Source: the human T2T-CHM13v2.0 reference genome, Homo sapiens
DNA: 64,000 nucleotides
NCBI RefSeq assembly: GCF_009914755.1
Contig: NC_060942.1
Direction: 5' to 3' (one strand)
Below, piece by piece: positions 63,976 to 64,000 of this stretch. The first letter of the stretch is position 1. Each line of letters starts with the position of its first letter. The position numbers were made by a program, and so were the translations under genes. The notes beneath the pieces are model-generated. The model had not been told where the DNA came from and ran no database searches. It saw only the letters and a program-made list of their open reading frames with translations.

Positions 63976-64000
63976 GTAACTCCTGGCTGCGCGGGGCTCG

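Overview
Human (primate) genomic DNA from the 3' half of FHOD3, the cardiac/sarcomeric formin, on the + strand. Ten coding exons can be assembled directly from GT-AG boundaries with consistent phases: 12303-12599, 21039-21922, 33846-34004, 43856-44038, 45937-46056, 47232-47393, 50145-50335, 58312-58504, 62311-62334 and 63801-63975. They are probably exons 18-27 of the long isoform (numbering from memory). They encode an acidic linker, FH1, the entire FH2 domain, the 24-nt muscle-specific TDEEEEVE microexon and the start of the C-terminal tail. The gene start and the DAD-coding exon lie outside the window. Introns are full of Alu, L1, L2, MIR, MER20, MaLR (THE1, MLT1) and ERV solo LTRs, plus microsatellites. 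I see no evidence of a new gene or a prokaryote-style system; almost all ORF-track entries are chance ORFs. The best leads concern splicing and regulation: a QKI/RBFOX cluster behind the microexon, an unannotated-looking exon candidate at 63065 (in-frame 18-nt microexon or DAD-less last exon), a ladder of in-frame CAG acceptors before exon 24, a ~91% identical local inverted duplication, and an adjacent CArG+MEF2 pair. Repeat subfamily names come from recognising consensus sequences by eye, and boundaries without a TSD are approximate.
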